The notes under the pieces are model-generated. The model ran no database searches. It was given only the letters and a program-made list of their open reading frames with translations, and was not told the DNA's origin. From positions 310,001 to 374,000 of the forward strand of contig JBODTK010000138.1 in assembly GCA_050613775.1 (NCBI GenBank): a stretch of 64,000 bases of DNA. Direction: 5' to 3'. The translations under genes and the position numbers were made by a program. This DNA comes from Neocallimastix sp. 'constans' (taxonomy: Eukaryota). This document shows positions 42,075-64,000 of this stretch, one piece after another (within the stretch, counting starts at the first letter, position 1; each line of letters opens with the position of its first letter).

Positions 42075-43709
42075 TTAATAGTAAATAGTATCCTTATTAA
42101 TAATTCGGGTTAAACCTCTGTAATTATCCTCCTTTCCTAAATTCCAAATATAAGTATCTATATCTGTTTCTAATATTTCATTATCCATATACTTTATATT
42201 TTGTTCTTTTAATTTATTTACAATTCTTTCACAGGCTATAATTGAAGCTGCTCTAAGTTTAACATCCATATTGGTTTTTGACATATTTTCTTTTTGTTCA
42301 ATAGACTTAAGAATTAGTGGTGATAGTTTAAGAACACCAAGATGATTTAAAAGAGTTGGAATAACATTATCAGCAAAAATTGTTAAATTTTCAACACCTT
42401 TAATATTAAATAAAGGATATTTCTTATGGAAAGCCTTATGAAGACTATAAACAAAAAGTTGTGCTTTTTTAAATATAAATACCTCTGTAATAATAGATAA
42501 ATTAAAAAAAAAAAAAGTTAAATTCTTTTAGCTTTAGTGAATTATTTAATAATAATTTTAATAATAAATATTAATTATAATAGTAAGTAAATTTCTGATT
42601 ATAATAATAATAATAATAATAATAGTAATAGTAATAGTAATGCTACTACTACTACTACTAATAATAATAATAATAATTATAATATTAATATTAATATTAG
42701 TAGTAATAATAAAATAATAATATTAATATTAATATTAGTAGTAATAATAAAATAATAATAACCTTTTCCATTAACAATGGCTGAATCTTGAAAGACAGTT
42801 AATACATTAATAATGCCCTTTAATATAACTTCAGCTCTGTTAACTTCATTTTTAGTAGAATTAATTAAATACATAATAAATTGAGCGAGACTTTTATATC
42901 CACCCTTCTTTAAATCTAATGCAGTTTTATGAAATACATATTGTAATTTCTCGGCAAATTCACGAAGACAGTGTTTAGTACTAACAGTTACACCAGGCAT
43001 ATTTTCTTTTGTTTCCTCTTCACCTAATAATGGAATTTGGAAAATCGAAGAAATATCGGAAATTGTTAGATTTGCCATATGATTTATAGTTCCATAATTC
43101 ATTTTTGAAATATGCATACTAATAATTCCAAATTTAATTGTATTAGCAGCACCCTTTTTATTATTCAAATAATTATTGATTATATATATAAATATTATTA
43201 AATATTTAATATCATGTCCAATTCTATTTCTTATATTCATTTAAATATGTATATATTTAAACTTACTCTTTTACAGGCATCATGAAGTTCATCTCGCCAA
43301 CCACTTCCAAAAGCTAATAAAGCATTTAATGCCACAAAATTTAACTCTTCTTCTAAAGTATCAAATTTTAAAGGAACCTTTAAAGGATTATTAGTATCAT
43401 AATATTTTTTAAATGATTCAAAATTATTATTTTTTATCATTTTAATAAAACGGTTGATGCCTTCATCATTTATCTATCAAATAATTAAATCATATAAATT
43501 TTATTAGTTCAAAATTGATTATTTACATTTTATTGATATCTAAAAATCTCTCTTCCATTTATAGTATAAATTAAAATGAAAAATATTTTTATTATATTCA
43601 CTTCTATTGAACCATCTTTTTCGGTTTCATTATATAATTCTTTACAACTTCTTCTAATAGCTTCAATATAATCATCTTTTGGTAAAATTGGATCTTCTAA
43701 AGAAATCAT
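42075..43709 (-). CDS. QNG1: Queuosine salvage protein / queuosine nucleotide N-glycosylase (DUF2419/QNG1 family), divergent
   Basis: LLAFGSGWR, FQDSA, FIFKKAQLFV, LTIFADNVIPTLLNHLGVL, LRAASIIAC, DIDTYIWNLGKE, TIYY* match the Q_salvage motif order; probable ATG at 43709. Confidence 0.8.
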
Positions 43710-44019
43710 TTTATATTTTTTCTTCTTCAAATATTTAATGAATTTTGAATTGAACAAATAAAAAAACTTTATTTATTATTATTATTAAGACTTTTATTTT
43801 TATTATTATTATTATTTTTATTATTATTAAATAGATTAGATTTTTTTAATATATAATTAATTAATTATTTTTTATATTATTTTTTAATTAAATATATTAA
43901 TACACGTGAATTTATTCGTTTTTTTACTTTAATTAATGTGTTATGATTCATTAAAAAAATTTTTTTTTTTTTCAATTTTTTATTATCTTAAAATTTTATT
44001 AATTATAGAATAAGATAAA

Positions 44020-44584
44020 ATGTTCAAACATCAGTTGTAAATATAATTTTGAAATTCATTTTAAAATGCCATTATTTAATTCCTTATATATAATAAATTT
44101 TATTAACAAGAAATTTTGATTTTAAAATAGGTCAATAAAAATTCCATTTCCTGAAGATAAATATGCAGAAATTGCGTCAAGAACTTTAAATGTAGATAAA
44201 GAATTAAAAGAAGATATAATTAAAAGAACTATAACCACAGATAAAAATATATTAATTATGTAAATATATTTGTACAATTATATTCTTACAGAAAACAGAA
44301 AATTTTTGAAAAATATATATTAATTATATTTTTACATTATTAACATTATTTTTTTTTTTTTTTTTTAAATATTTCTTTTAATCTGTTTTATTTTATTTTA
44401 TTTTATTTTATTTTATTTTATTTTATTTTATTTTATTTTATTTATTTTATATTATAAATTCATTTTATTTTATGATAGAAATTTTGAAAGTACAAATGCA
44501 AAATCTTTAAGAACCTCTACTCAAAATTTAATGGAATTATTACATCTTATTACAAAAACCATGAATGATTTCAAAGAAGCATAA
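44020..44584 (+). CDS. PCC1: KEOPS complex subunit Pcc1/LAGE3 (3 exons: 44020-44036, 44131-44258, 44479-44584); missing from the ORF track
   Basis: Spliced translation MFKHQLSIKIPFPEDKYAEIASRTLNVDKELKEDIIKRTITTDKNILIINFESTNAKSLRTSTQNLMELLHLITKTMNDFKEA*; IPFP..A.IA..L.VD.E and LR.S motifs of the Pcc1 family. Confidence 0.88.
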
Positions 44585-44609
44585 ATATTTTTATTAATAA
44601 CATTTTAAA

Positions 44610-44642
<33 letters not shown>

Positions 44643-44983
44643 GGATAATTATAATTGTATTAAATTAATTTTATAATATTTATTTTTAAATTTGAAATTT
44701 AGTTTAAAAATTTAAAAAGAAATTCAAATTTATATAATTTAATTATTAATTTTTTTTTTTTTTTATATTATTTTTTTTTATAAAAATATAATAAAAATGA
44801 TAAAATAATAAATAAATAAAAAAGAAAAAAGAAAAAAGAAAAAAGAACTCTATGTTTCTAAATTATGTAATTTTACTTTTTATTTTTTGATAAATTTCTA
44901 TTATTGGAATCATAACTATTTTAATAAATATTTTTTTTTAATAATTTTTTTTATTATTTATAACATTTAATATAATTATATTA

Positions 44984-45020
<37 letters not shown>

Positions 45021-45130
45021 TTATTTATTTTGATTTATTTTGATTTATTGTATAAATTTTTATTAATTAAAAATAATATTGTTATTATATATAAATCTAT
45101 TTGTTCAGTAAAATATTATTATAATTCAAA

Positions 45131-46996
45131 ATGGATGAAGATTATTATGAATTATTTAATTTAAAGGTTGAATGTACTCAAAAGGAAATTAGAAAAGCTT
45201 ACTAGTAAATATTTAATAATACTTAATATAACTAATATCTTAATCTAAATTATTATATTTATTGTTTTATTCTATTACATATTACAATATTTATAAATTA
45301 AAATTCAATTTTTTTTTTTTTACCAAGAACTTTTTTTTTTAATTTAAAATTTAATTTTAAAAATACTATAGTCATAAAGCATTAAAATATCACCCAGATA
45401 AAACAGGACCAGATGATAAGGAAGCAAGTAATAATAATACATACAATTTAGTCAATATTAAATTATTATGTATTAGTTTCTCTTTACTAAAAATTCTATT
45501 AAATATATAGCAAGAATTTTTTTGCATTTAACTAAGGCTTATGAAGTATTAAGCGATCCAAAAAAAAGAAGAGAATATGATGAGAAATTGAAAGCAAAGT
45601 TACATCAAAAAGAAAGAATTGAAAAATTTGATGCTAAACGAAGACAAATGAAAGAAGGTATTCGAGAAAAAAAAAAAAAAAAAAAAAAAAAATTAAAAAT
45701 TTTTATATTATTATTAAATTTTAATTGTAAATTTATTTTAGAAAATTAATTTATATTCATTTATATTTACAAATATGAATATAAAAAGATTTGGATTTAA
45801 AAGAAAGGGCATATAAACGTCAAAAAACAGAAGAGGCTTTAACAAAGGAACAATTACAAAATGAAGTAAATATTATAAAATTAAATTTTAAGTAATTATA
45901 TTCATTGCATTAATAATTTCAAATTTTTTAATTAAAATTTACAAATCATATTGATATAAGATTAATAGATTAAGAGAAGAGGGAATTAGGATATTAAATC
46001 AAGCTTTAGAAGAAGAAGAAGAAAAACCTGTTAATATAGGTATATAGTTACTGTTTATTTTTATTATTATTATTATTGTTGTTGTTATTTTTTTTTTTTA
46101 TATTAATTTCTTAAATATATAGAATCCCAAATTTCAGATATGGATAAGACACTAAAATTAAAATGGAAAAGTAAAAAATATACTTTTTCGCAAGAGGAAT
46201 TAGAAGAAATTTTTTCAAAATATGGTAAAATAGAATATTTAATTTTATCTAAAAAGAAAGGAAATGCAGTCATCCAATTTAAATCTTTATATTCAGCAGT
46301 AATTATATACATATTAATATTATAAATTAATTTATATATTAATATTTAATAATTAAAGAAATTAATTTCATTATATATATATTTATTAATTACTTTTTTT
46401 TTTTTTTTTTTTTTAAAAAAAAAGTATTCAGTAATAGTTGATAAGCAAGAAAAATGCAATAAACTCATAAGTAAAATTGATATTTCATGGGCTAGTAAAG
46501 AAGAACCTGAAATAATAAAAAAATTTGAAAATAGTTTTAAAAATGAATATAATAAATTCAGAAAAACTGTTCAAAGTAATAATATAAAAGATAATTCAAA
46601 TATTTCTGAATCAAATAATAGTACTAATGATACTTCAACGAAAAACAGTAATAATAATAAAAGTAAAATAGAAGATATATTAAATGAACAGAAATCAAAT
46701 ATACCGGAATTTTCTTTTTCATCAAGTCCTTCTGGTTTTTCATTTAATGCAACCGAGGTATATATTTATTTATAATTACAAAATTTAACAATATTTAACA
46801 ATATGATACATATTAATTAAATATAATAAAAATTATTAATTATCAATATTAATTTAAATTCAAATTTAAATCAAATTATTTCTAAAATTAATAGAAAATG
46901 AACATGAGCTTAGATGATTATGAAAATTATACTTTAATGAAAATGAGAAAAATGAAACAAGAAAAAATGAAAGAAGACCTCTTAAATGAAAAATAA
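45131..46996 (+). CDS. DNAJC17: J-domain plus RRM splicing factor DNAJC17/Cwf23 (multi-exon)
   Basis: MDEDYYELF..EIRKAY..KALKYHPDK J domain; TLKLKWK..IFSKYGKI..GNAVIQF RRM; C-terminal DYENYTLMKMR; stop 46994-46996. Confidence 0.88.
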
Positions 46997-47471
46997 TTAA
47001 AGGATATTTATATATATATAAAGAATTATAGCATACATATTAAATAAAATGTATATACTGATATATGTATATTTATCAGAAAAACATTATTTATTTATTG
47101 GAAAAACAAAATTTATAATACATATATTAATAAAAATTAAAATTTAATAAAATATATAAAATGAATTTTTTTTTAATTTAATTTATTTTTTTCATTACTA
47201 TTTTTTTTATTAGAATTGATAATATTATAATATATAATTTTTATTTTTTATTTTTTATTTTTTATTTTTTATTTTTTTTTTTTTTTTAATATTTGCATTA
47301 TAAAAAAATTTTATCAATTAAATAGTTATTGTTATTTTTACAATTTTTATGATTTCAAAAAAAGTATATTTATTAATTGGATATTTATTAATTATGCATT
47401 ATTTTGTTATGGAATACATAAAGTTATATTAATACGATAAAATTATATTTTATCATATTTTATCATATTAA

Positions 47472-48854
47472 TTATTCATTTTGTTTTGGAATAGCTGGAT
47501 ATTCTGAACCTTCGAAATTTAATTTTCCATTATTATAGAGATCATCTAAAATTTGTTCTAATTTTGAAGATACACCTTTACATCCTGCAAAAATTTAAGA
47601 TACATATAAATATTTAAAATAATTAAAAATTTTTTTTAAATTTTTATAATTATTATTATTTATTTTTGATTATTTTAATCTTTTTTGACTATTAATTTTT
47701 TTATAAGCATCATACCATTTGTAACTTTTTGTGCCCATGAGAAATACTGTTGAGCTCTTTCAAGAGTCCTTAATTATAAAAATTTAAAACAATTTGATTA
47801 AGAAACAATAAAAAAATTAATTAATAATACTTATTAATATTATTTAATATATTTAAAAAATAGCTCTTATAATATTAAAATATGTTCAAATTAGTATTTA
47901 CCATCCTACTGGAATAGATCTTTGAAGGTCTCTTAAATTATAAATTTTATCAGCCATTTTAACAGCTTTACCTCTTTCAGATTTATGTGGTGCATTAACA
48001 ATTTGTAATCTTTACCATAAGAAAATAAATATATATTTATTTAGAAAAAAAAAAAAAAAAAAAAAAAACAATGAAATAATTATTAAAAATTACATGAACA
48101 ATTAATAATACAAAATAAATAATTATAATAATAATTATAATAATAATATAACTTTGTTTTGTTTAGATACCTTTTTCTTTCGGCATATGGTAAAGATTTA
48201 TCATCAGTAACTTCCCTTACAACAGCAGTAACATCAGAACCAAATACTTCTGTTATCTTTGAATGAAAAATATAATCCATAAAATATTTATTATTAAAAG
48301 ATAATAGATAATATTTAAAGCAATAATATAAATTAAATCCAATGTACTTCTTCAAAAGTAGTATCAGTATCTTCAACTATATATTATAATATATATATAT
48401 ATATATATATTAGTATAATTGTATATAAAAAGTGCAAATTATTATACTCTTAGAAAATAAGTACCAGTATCATGAAGAATAGCAGCTTGTATAGTAACTA
48501 AATCCTTAATATCTCCTTCGAAATATAAAATATTTGCCACCCCAATTGGATGGTTAACTTTTTTATTTAAAATATATATATATAATTGTAATAAATGAAT
48601 ATTAATTATTTTAGTAAATAATTTAAATTATAAATAATAATAATAATAAAATTATTATTATTATTATTACTATGTTTAAAAAAATATAAATATTTTCTAT
48701 TTATTATAATATGTATTGTAGTCATACTATATGGAGTTCCGGCGGCATCCTTTCTTTTTTGAAAACTATGCTTAATTGCAGCAAAATTAATTGCTTTTAA
48801 AATTCCAGCCATTACAGCATCACCAGTTTCAGTACAATTAATTAAAACGGACAT
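47472..48854 (-). CDS. HDDC3: MESH1/HDDC3-type HD-domain hydrolase ((p)ppGpp / NADPH phosphatase family; multi-exon)
   Basis: LKAINFAAIKHSFQKRKD..TPYINHPIGVA..AAILHDTVEDT..FG..V..VVREVTDDKSL..ERKRLQI..KAVKMADKIYNLRDL..PVGW..QYFSWA; stop 47472-47474. Confidence 0.92.
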
Positions 48855-49518
48855 AATAATTTATAATTACTTTTACAATAAATTTAAAAAATGAAGGCAA
48901 AATATATATTATTTAATTTTATTTTTATAATAGTTTTATTTTTTTTAAATTACTATTTTATAAAACAATTAAGATTAAATGAGTAAAAAAAAAAAAAAGA
49001 ATTTTAAAAAAGATAAATAGTTTTAATGAGGTTATTATAAATACATAATTAAAAAATAAAATAAAAAATAAATTAAAGTTATATTAACCCACGTGATATA
49101 TTTTTATAATATTAACCAAAAATATATTATATATAAAATTCAAAAAAAAATTAATTTATTAAATATATAATTAAAATGATTATTCAATTTATAATCATAT
49201 TAAAGATAAGATATTAAATATATTTTCTAGTTTAATTTTTTTTTTTTTTTTTTTTTTTTTGTATGTTTTATATTTATTTTATTTTTTCTTTTTTTTAATT
49301 TTATTTTTTAATGTATTTTTTTTTTTATTTTGTTTTTTGTTTTGTTTTGGTTTTTATTATTATTATTTTTTTTATTAATATATAAAAAGAAGATAGCGTA
49401 ATATTATTAATAATATAATAATAGAAAATATAACAGTTTATTTTTTTTTTTTAATTTATTCTATGGTAAATATTATTTTGAATAAAAATAGAGTTATAAA
49501 AATAATTATTTAATGTAA

Positions 49519-59369
<9,851 letters not shown>

Positions 59370-61286
59370 TATGGATATACTGTTTATGTTATATTTAAAT
59401 ATATATGTTATAATATATTATATAATTGAATATTATTTGACAAATATTATGATAATAAAAATTGGAAAATGTATTATTTGTTTAAAATGAATGTTTGAAT
59501 TCTATATAATAATTAAAGAATATATTATATTTTTCCTTATATGCATAATAAATAGAAAATATTTATTTTTTAAAATATTTTCTTATTTTAATTATATATA
59601 TATATATATATTAGCTTTAACATATAATATAATAATTATAGATATATAAGTGAGTACAATGATAGTTTGATATTATTCAATATTAAATAGTTTATCAATA
59701 ATTTTAATATATTTTATTTACTAATATATATAATTAAAAAGAAATAATAATTAATAGTTATAATTCAAAATCCTTTAAAATTCGAATATTCGAACTTTAA
59801 TATATTAAAAATCCAAAAATTCAAAAGTCCAATTATAAGAAAATAAAATAGATACTATAGAATTAAGATATATATCTATATGTTTTTGTTCATGTATATG
59901 TATATATATGTATGTTTTTAATGATATTTATATTTATATTTTGAATAATTAATATTATATATTTTCTATTGATATATATAAAATAATTTATTATAAGGTT
60001 GAAATAATATTTATTAATAATATTTCTCCATATTTTATTCTACAAAATATTTTCGAAGTAAATTCAAAATAAAATTTATGTAGTATATATATTATGATAA
60101 TTCGTTTATTGAAGTAATATTCATTACTATTATTATTAGTATTAGTATTAGTATTTATTTTATTTTAAATAGTCGTAGTTCTCTCATTTATTACAGATTC
60201 AACATTATAATTATTCTATTTCACAAATAATAATTTTTTTAATTATTTAAATATCAATATTCAAATACAAAAAAAAAAAAAGTTAATTTTATAATAAATT
60301 TTTAACATAATAATGATAATGATTTTTGAAATGATTAATTATATTAAATATATTTTATAAAACATAATTTTTGTATATGTATTAAAATAAATGAAAAATA
60401 TTATAAAAAAAAGGTTTATAACTTTATTTTATTTTTAATTATCTCAAAAAAAAAATAAAAATAAAAATAAAAATAAAAAAAATAAAAAATAAAAAATAAA
60501 TTAAATTAAAATAATATATATATATGTATTTATATTTTAATTCTTTATAAAATTAAATTTTAAAATAAAAAAAATATATATATATTTCTTTATAAAACGA
60601 ATATAGTAAATTACATCATAGATTATATATAAATACTTTTATTATATTCATTTATATTAATATATTTTACATTATTTTATTATGTATTTTTAAAATATAC
60701 ATATAAAAGTTTAATGATAAATTCTAATTCCAATATTAATTATATAAAGTAAATTCTTTAAAAATATAATTAAAGTTTTTTTTTTTTTTTTTTTATTTTA
60801 TTTTTAATTATAAATAATAATTAAATAATATAATTATATTTTTAAAAAGAAAATTAAAATATATTTAAACTGAAGGTTTAAAAAATATGTAATTGTTAAC
60901 CAATACCAAAAAAGTTTAGAATTTTATTTAACTCTAAATATAATAATGTATGATAATATATATATATATAATAAAACATCATTATACATGATAATAGTTT
61001 ATTAACTTTAATATTTAGTATTTATTTGGAACAATTTATATATATATATTTATATATATATAAAATAAAAATTATGAAAAAAAAAAAAAAAATAAATAAA
61101 AAGTTAATAATTAATAATTATTATTTGACATATTTTTTATTTAAATGACATTTAACATAAAAATATATAATACAAACATTTCAATTATTTTTTACTTCAA
61201 TATATTAATTAATTATATAAATTAATGATTATGATAATTAAGATATATTGTATATAAAATAAAAAGAAGAATATTTAAAGAAATTG

Positions 61287-61348
<62 letters not shown>

Positions 61349-61751
61349 TATAATAATAATAATAATAATAATAATAAAGGTATAAAACAAATATTTTAAT
61401 TTTAAATGTTTATTTAATTTAAATTATATAGTTTTTATTCTTTTATATGAATATATATATGTTAATTCTATATATTTTTATTAAGTTTAATATTAAAAAA
61501 TTTGAATGTAATACCACTATTTCTATGTCTATGTATTATTAAAATTTATTTTAAAATATAAATTTTTCTTAATTTAATATAAATACTTGATATATATAAA
61601 TTATGTTATAAATATTAATAATAAAAACAAATAAAAAACAAACAAACAATAATAATAAAAAATAATAATAATAATAACAATAATAATAAACTGATTATTA
61701 TAATAAATAAATTAAATTCGTAATATTTTTATCTTTAAGGAAATAATTAAT

Positions 61752-63104
61752 TTATTGTTCCATTTCATTAAGAGCTTGTTGTAATGAAGATGTTTTAATA
61801 GTACGAATACTCTTTATTATTTAAATAATAATTTAAACAAAAAAGAAAATAAAAATTTATTAATATTATTATATATATATATAAAAAAAAAAAAAAAAAA
61901 AAAAAAAAAGTATTATAAAATAAAAAAAATTAAATATAAATATAAAATAAATTATTACTTGTTCTAAGAATGGTTTTAATTCTGGGTCATCTCTTATAGA
62001 GTGTTCTGAGTGAACAAATGGAAGTGGAGGTAATATAGTCATTCTCAATGGTCCAGTTGGAGCTAATAAAATTAATGATTTAAAATGGGCGATGTATTGG
62101 TCTAATTTATAAAAATTATTATTAATTTATTTGGCAAAAAAAATTAATGAAAAGTTATAAAAAAAAATAATAAAAAATAAAATAAAATAAATAAAAATTT
62201 AATTTTTTTTTTTTTTTTTTATGAATAAACTTTTCATTAAATAATTCATAATATATATATATATATATATATATTTACTTGGTTGTTCGAAGACAACTGG
62301 ATAACCTAAAAGTAGTTCATGATTAACACATTCAGTAATACCTAATCTTCCACGTTTATCTTCTAAAGCACTATTATTATTATTATTATTAAATATTATA
62401 TTTGATATAATACGAATATTAAAGTTTTATTTTAATAAATTTTAGATTAGAACTTTATTTAATTTATTTTATTGTATTGTACTTATTGATTTTATTTTTA
62501 ATTTCTTTTTTTCCTTTTTTTTTTTTTTTCTTTTTTTTTTTTTTTACCTTAACGAGAATGGGAAAATACCAAATCTTCTTGTAATTTCATTAAATACATT
62601 ACGTGAAGCCTTTAACTTTAAATTATAAGTTTTATTAACATTTCTTTGGTATATAGTTGGTTTTGGTTCATTTTCACGAACTTTACCATCACCAGTTGAC
62701 ATTAAAATATTAATGGAGTAAACATCATTATAATGGAATTCAAAATCATCATTTTCATTTGGTATAACAGAATTTGGAATAATATGTTCTTGATCTTGAA
62801 TATATCTACGGACTAATGGTGAACAGGTATTTTCAACTGGACGACAATCAAAATGTTTAGCAATACGTTGAATAGCTTTAGTAACATCTGATGCTTTATT
62901 TCCTGGTTTAATGATACGATGTGCGACTTCAAGAGCCATGTATGCTGCACAAATAACATCAGCAGCACGACCTATTTAAAATATTAAAACAATTTATATA
63001 ATTTATACAATAAATATATATATATATATAAATATATACATATATAAAATTTATACAATAAAATTTAAAAAAAAATTAATAAAATTTAGAATTACATATA
63101 TTTC

Positions 63105-63172
<68 letters not shown>

Positions 63173-63174
63173 TT

Positions 63175-63210
<36 letters not shown>

Positions 63211-63514
63211 TTAATACTGAAAAATCTTTTATCTATACATACCAATAATTGCTTTTTCGGGAGATGGATTTAAGATAGTAGTATGAGCAACAGAAGCCAT
63301 GTAACCATCAATATGAACACCTAATTCAACTTTAACAATATCACCAGTTTGAAGGGTATATGGATCTTCTGGTAATGGTGAATAGTTTTGAGAACAATTA
63401 CTGTAATTTATAATTTATTTATTTTATATTTTTTATTTGTAAATTTACCAAAATTGAATTTAAAAGATTAATAAATTAATTGACTTTTTTTTTTTTTTTT
63501 TTTTTTTTTAAGAA

Positions 63515-63593
<79 letters not shown>

Positions 63594-64000
63594 TATATAT
63601 ATAATTTATTTTAAAAGGAATTTTGATAAATACTTTAAATTAATACAGGTTGGAAAAGCAATACCTTTTTCAAAGTTTGATTTCTTGTAGAATTTATTAC
63701 ACTATTATATATATATATATATCAATTCGTAAAATTTTGTTTATTAAATTTAATATTTTAATTAATTTTTATTGACTTTTGTCATAATGTTTATATATTT
63801 TATTTTATTCTTATTAAATTGTTTTATTTTATTTTATTTTTTTTTTTTTTGAAAAAAAAAAATTTTTTTAGTAAAAGTATTTTTTTTATATATATACTAA
63901 CTAAATCAATAATAAGGTTATCGCTGAAAGCACATATTTCGGAAATAACAGCATCTGGTTTTAATAAAGCAACAACTTGTCTTAAAACTTCATTTGCAAT
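61752..64000 (-). CDS. PA2G4: PA2G4/Ebp1/Cdb4-like M24-fold ribosome-associated protein (5' end outside window)
   Basis: KGIAFPTC; GDIVKVELGVHIDGYMASVAHT; GRAADVICAA; YNLKLKASRNVFNEI..FPFSLRALED; RLGITECVNHELL; AHFKSL; stop 61752-61754. Confidence 0.87.

Overview
Extremely AT-rich, intron-dense eukaryotic DNA. The composition and the (AAT)n, poly-T and (TA)n introns suggest an anaerobic gut fungus (Neocallimastigomycota); this is an inference. Twelve spliced host genes are present: USP36-like deubiquitinase (5' partial), GPR89/GPHR, NSA2, NF-YC/HAP5, M17 leucyl aminopeptidase, RAD3/XPD, QNG1-like queuosine salvage protein, PCC1, DNAJC17/Cwf23, MESH1/HDDC3, a large Rim15/IRE/Greatwall-type kinase, and PA2G4/Ebp1-like (5' partial). 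There are two intact LTR retrotransposons on the minus strand. (1) A Ty1/copia element (12659-18821) has TG..TA LTR ends and a primer-binding site matching the anticodon arm of tRNA-Lys(CUU), implying half-tRNA priming. (2) A very young Ty3/gypsy element (24525-32483) has apparently identical 832-bp LTRs, a tRNA-Ala-type PBS, a U-UUA-AAC -1 frameshift with an H-type pseudoknot, and a 1.3-kb structured leader containing five covarying hairpins. The gypsy element sits exactly in the anticodon loop of the tRNA-like head of a ~443-nt structured tRNA-derived SINE, which has its own 17-bp target-site duplication. Exon boundaries and RNA structures were read by eye.
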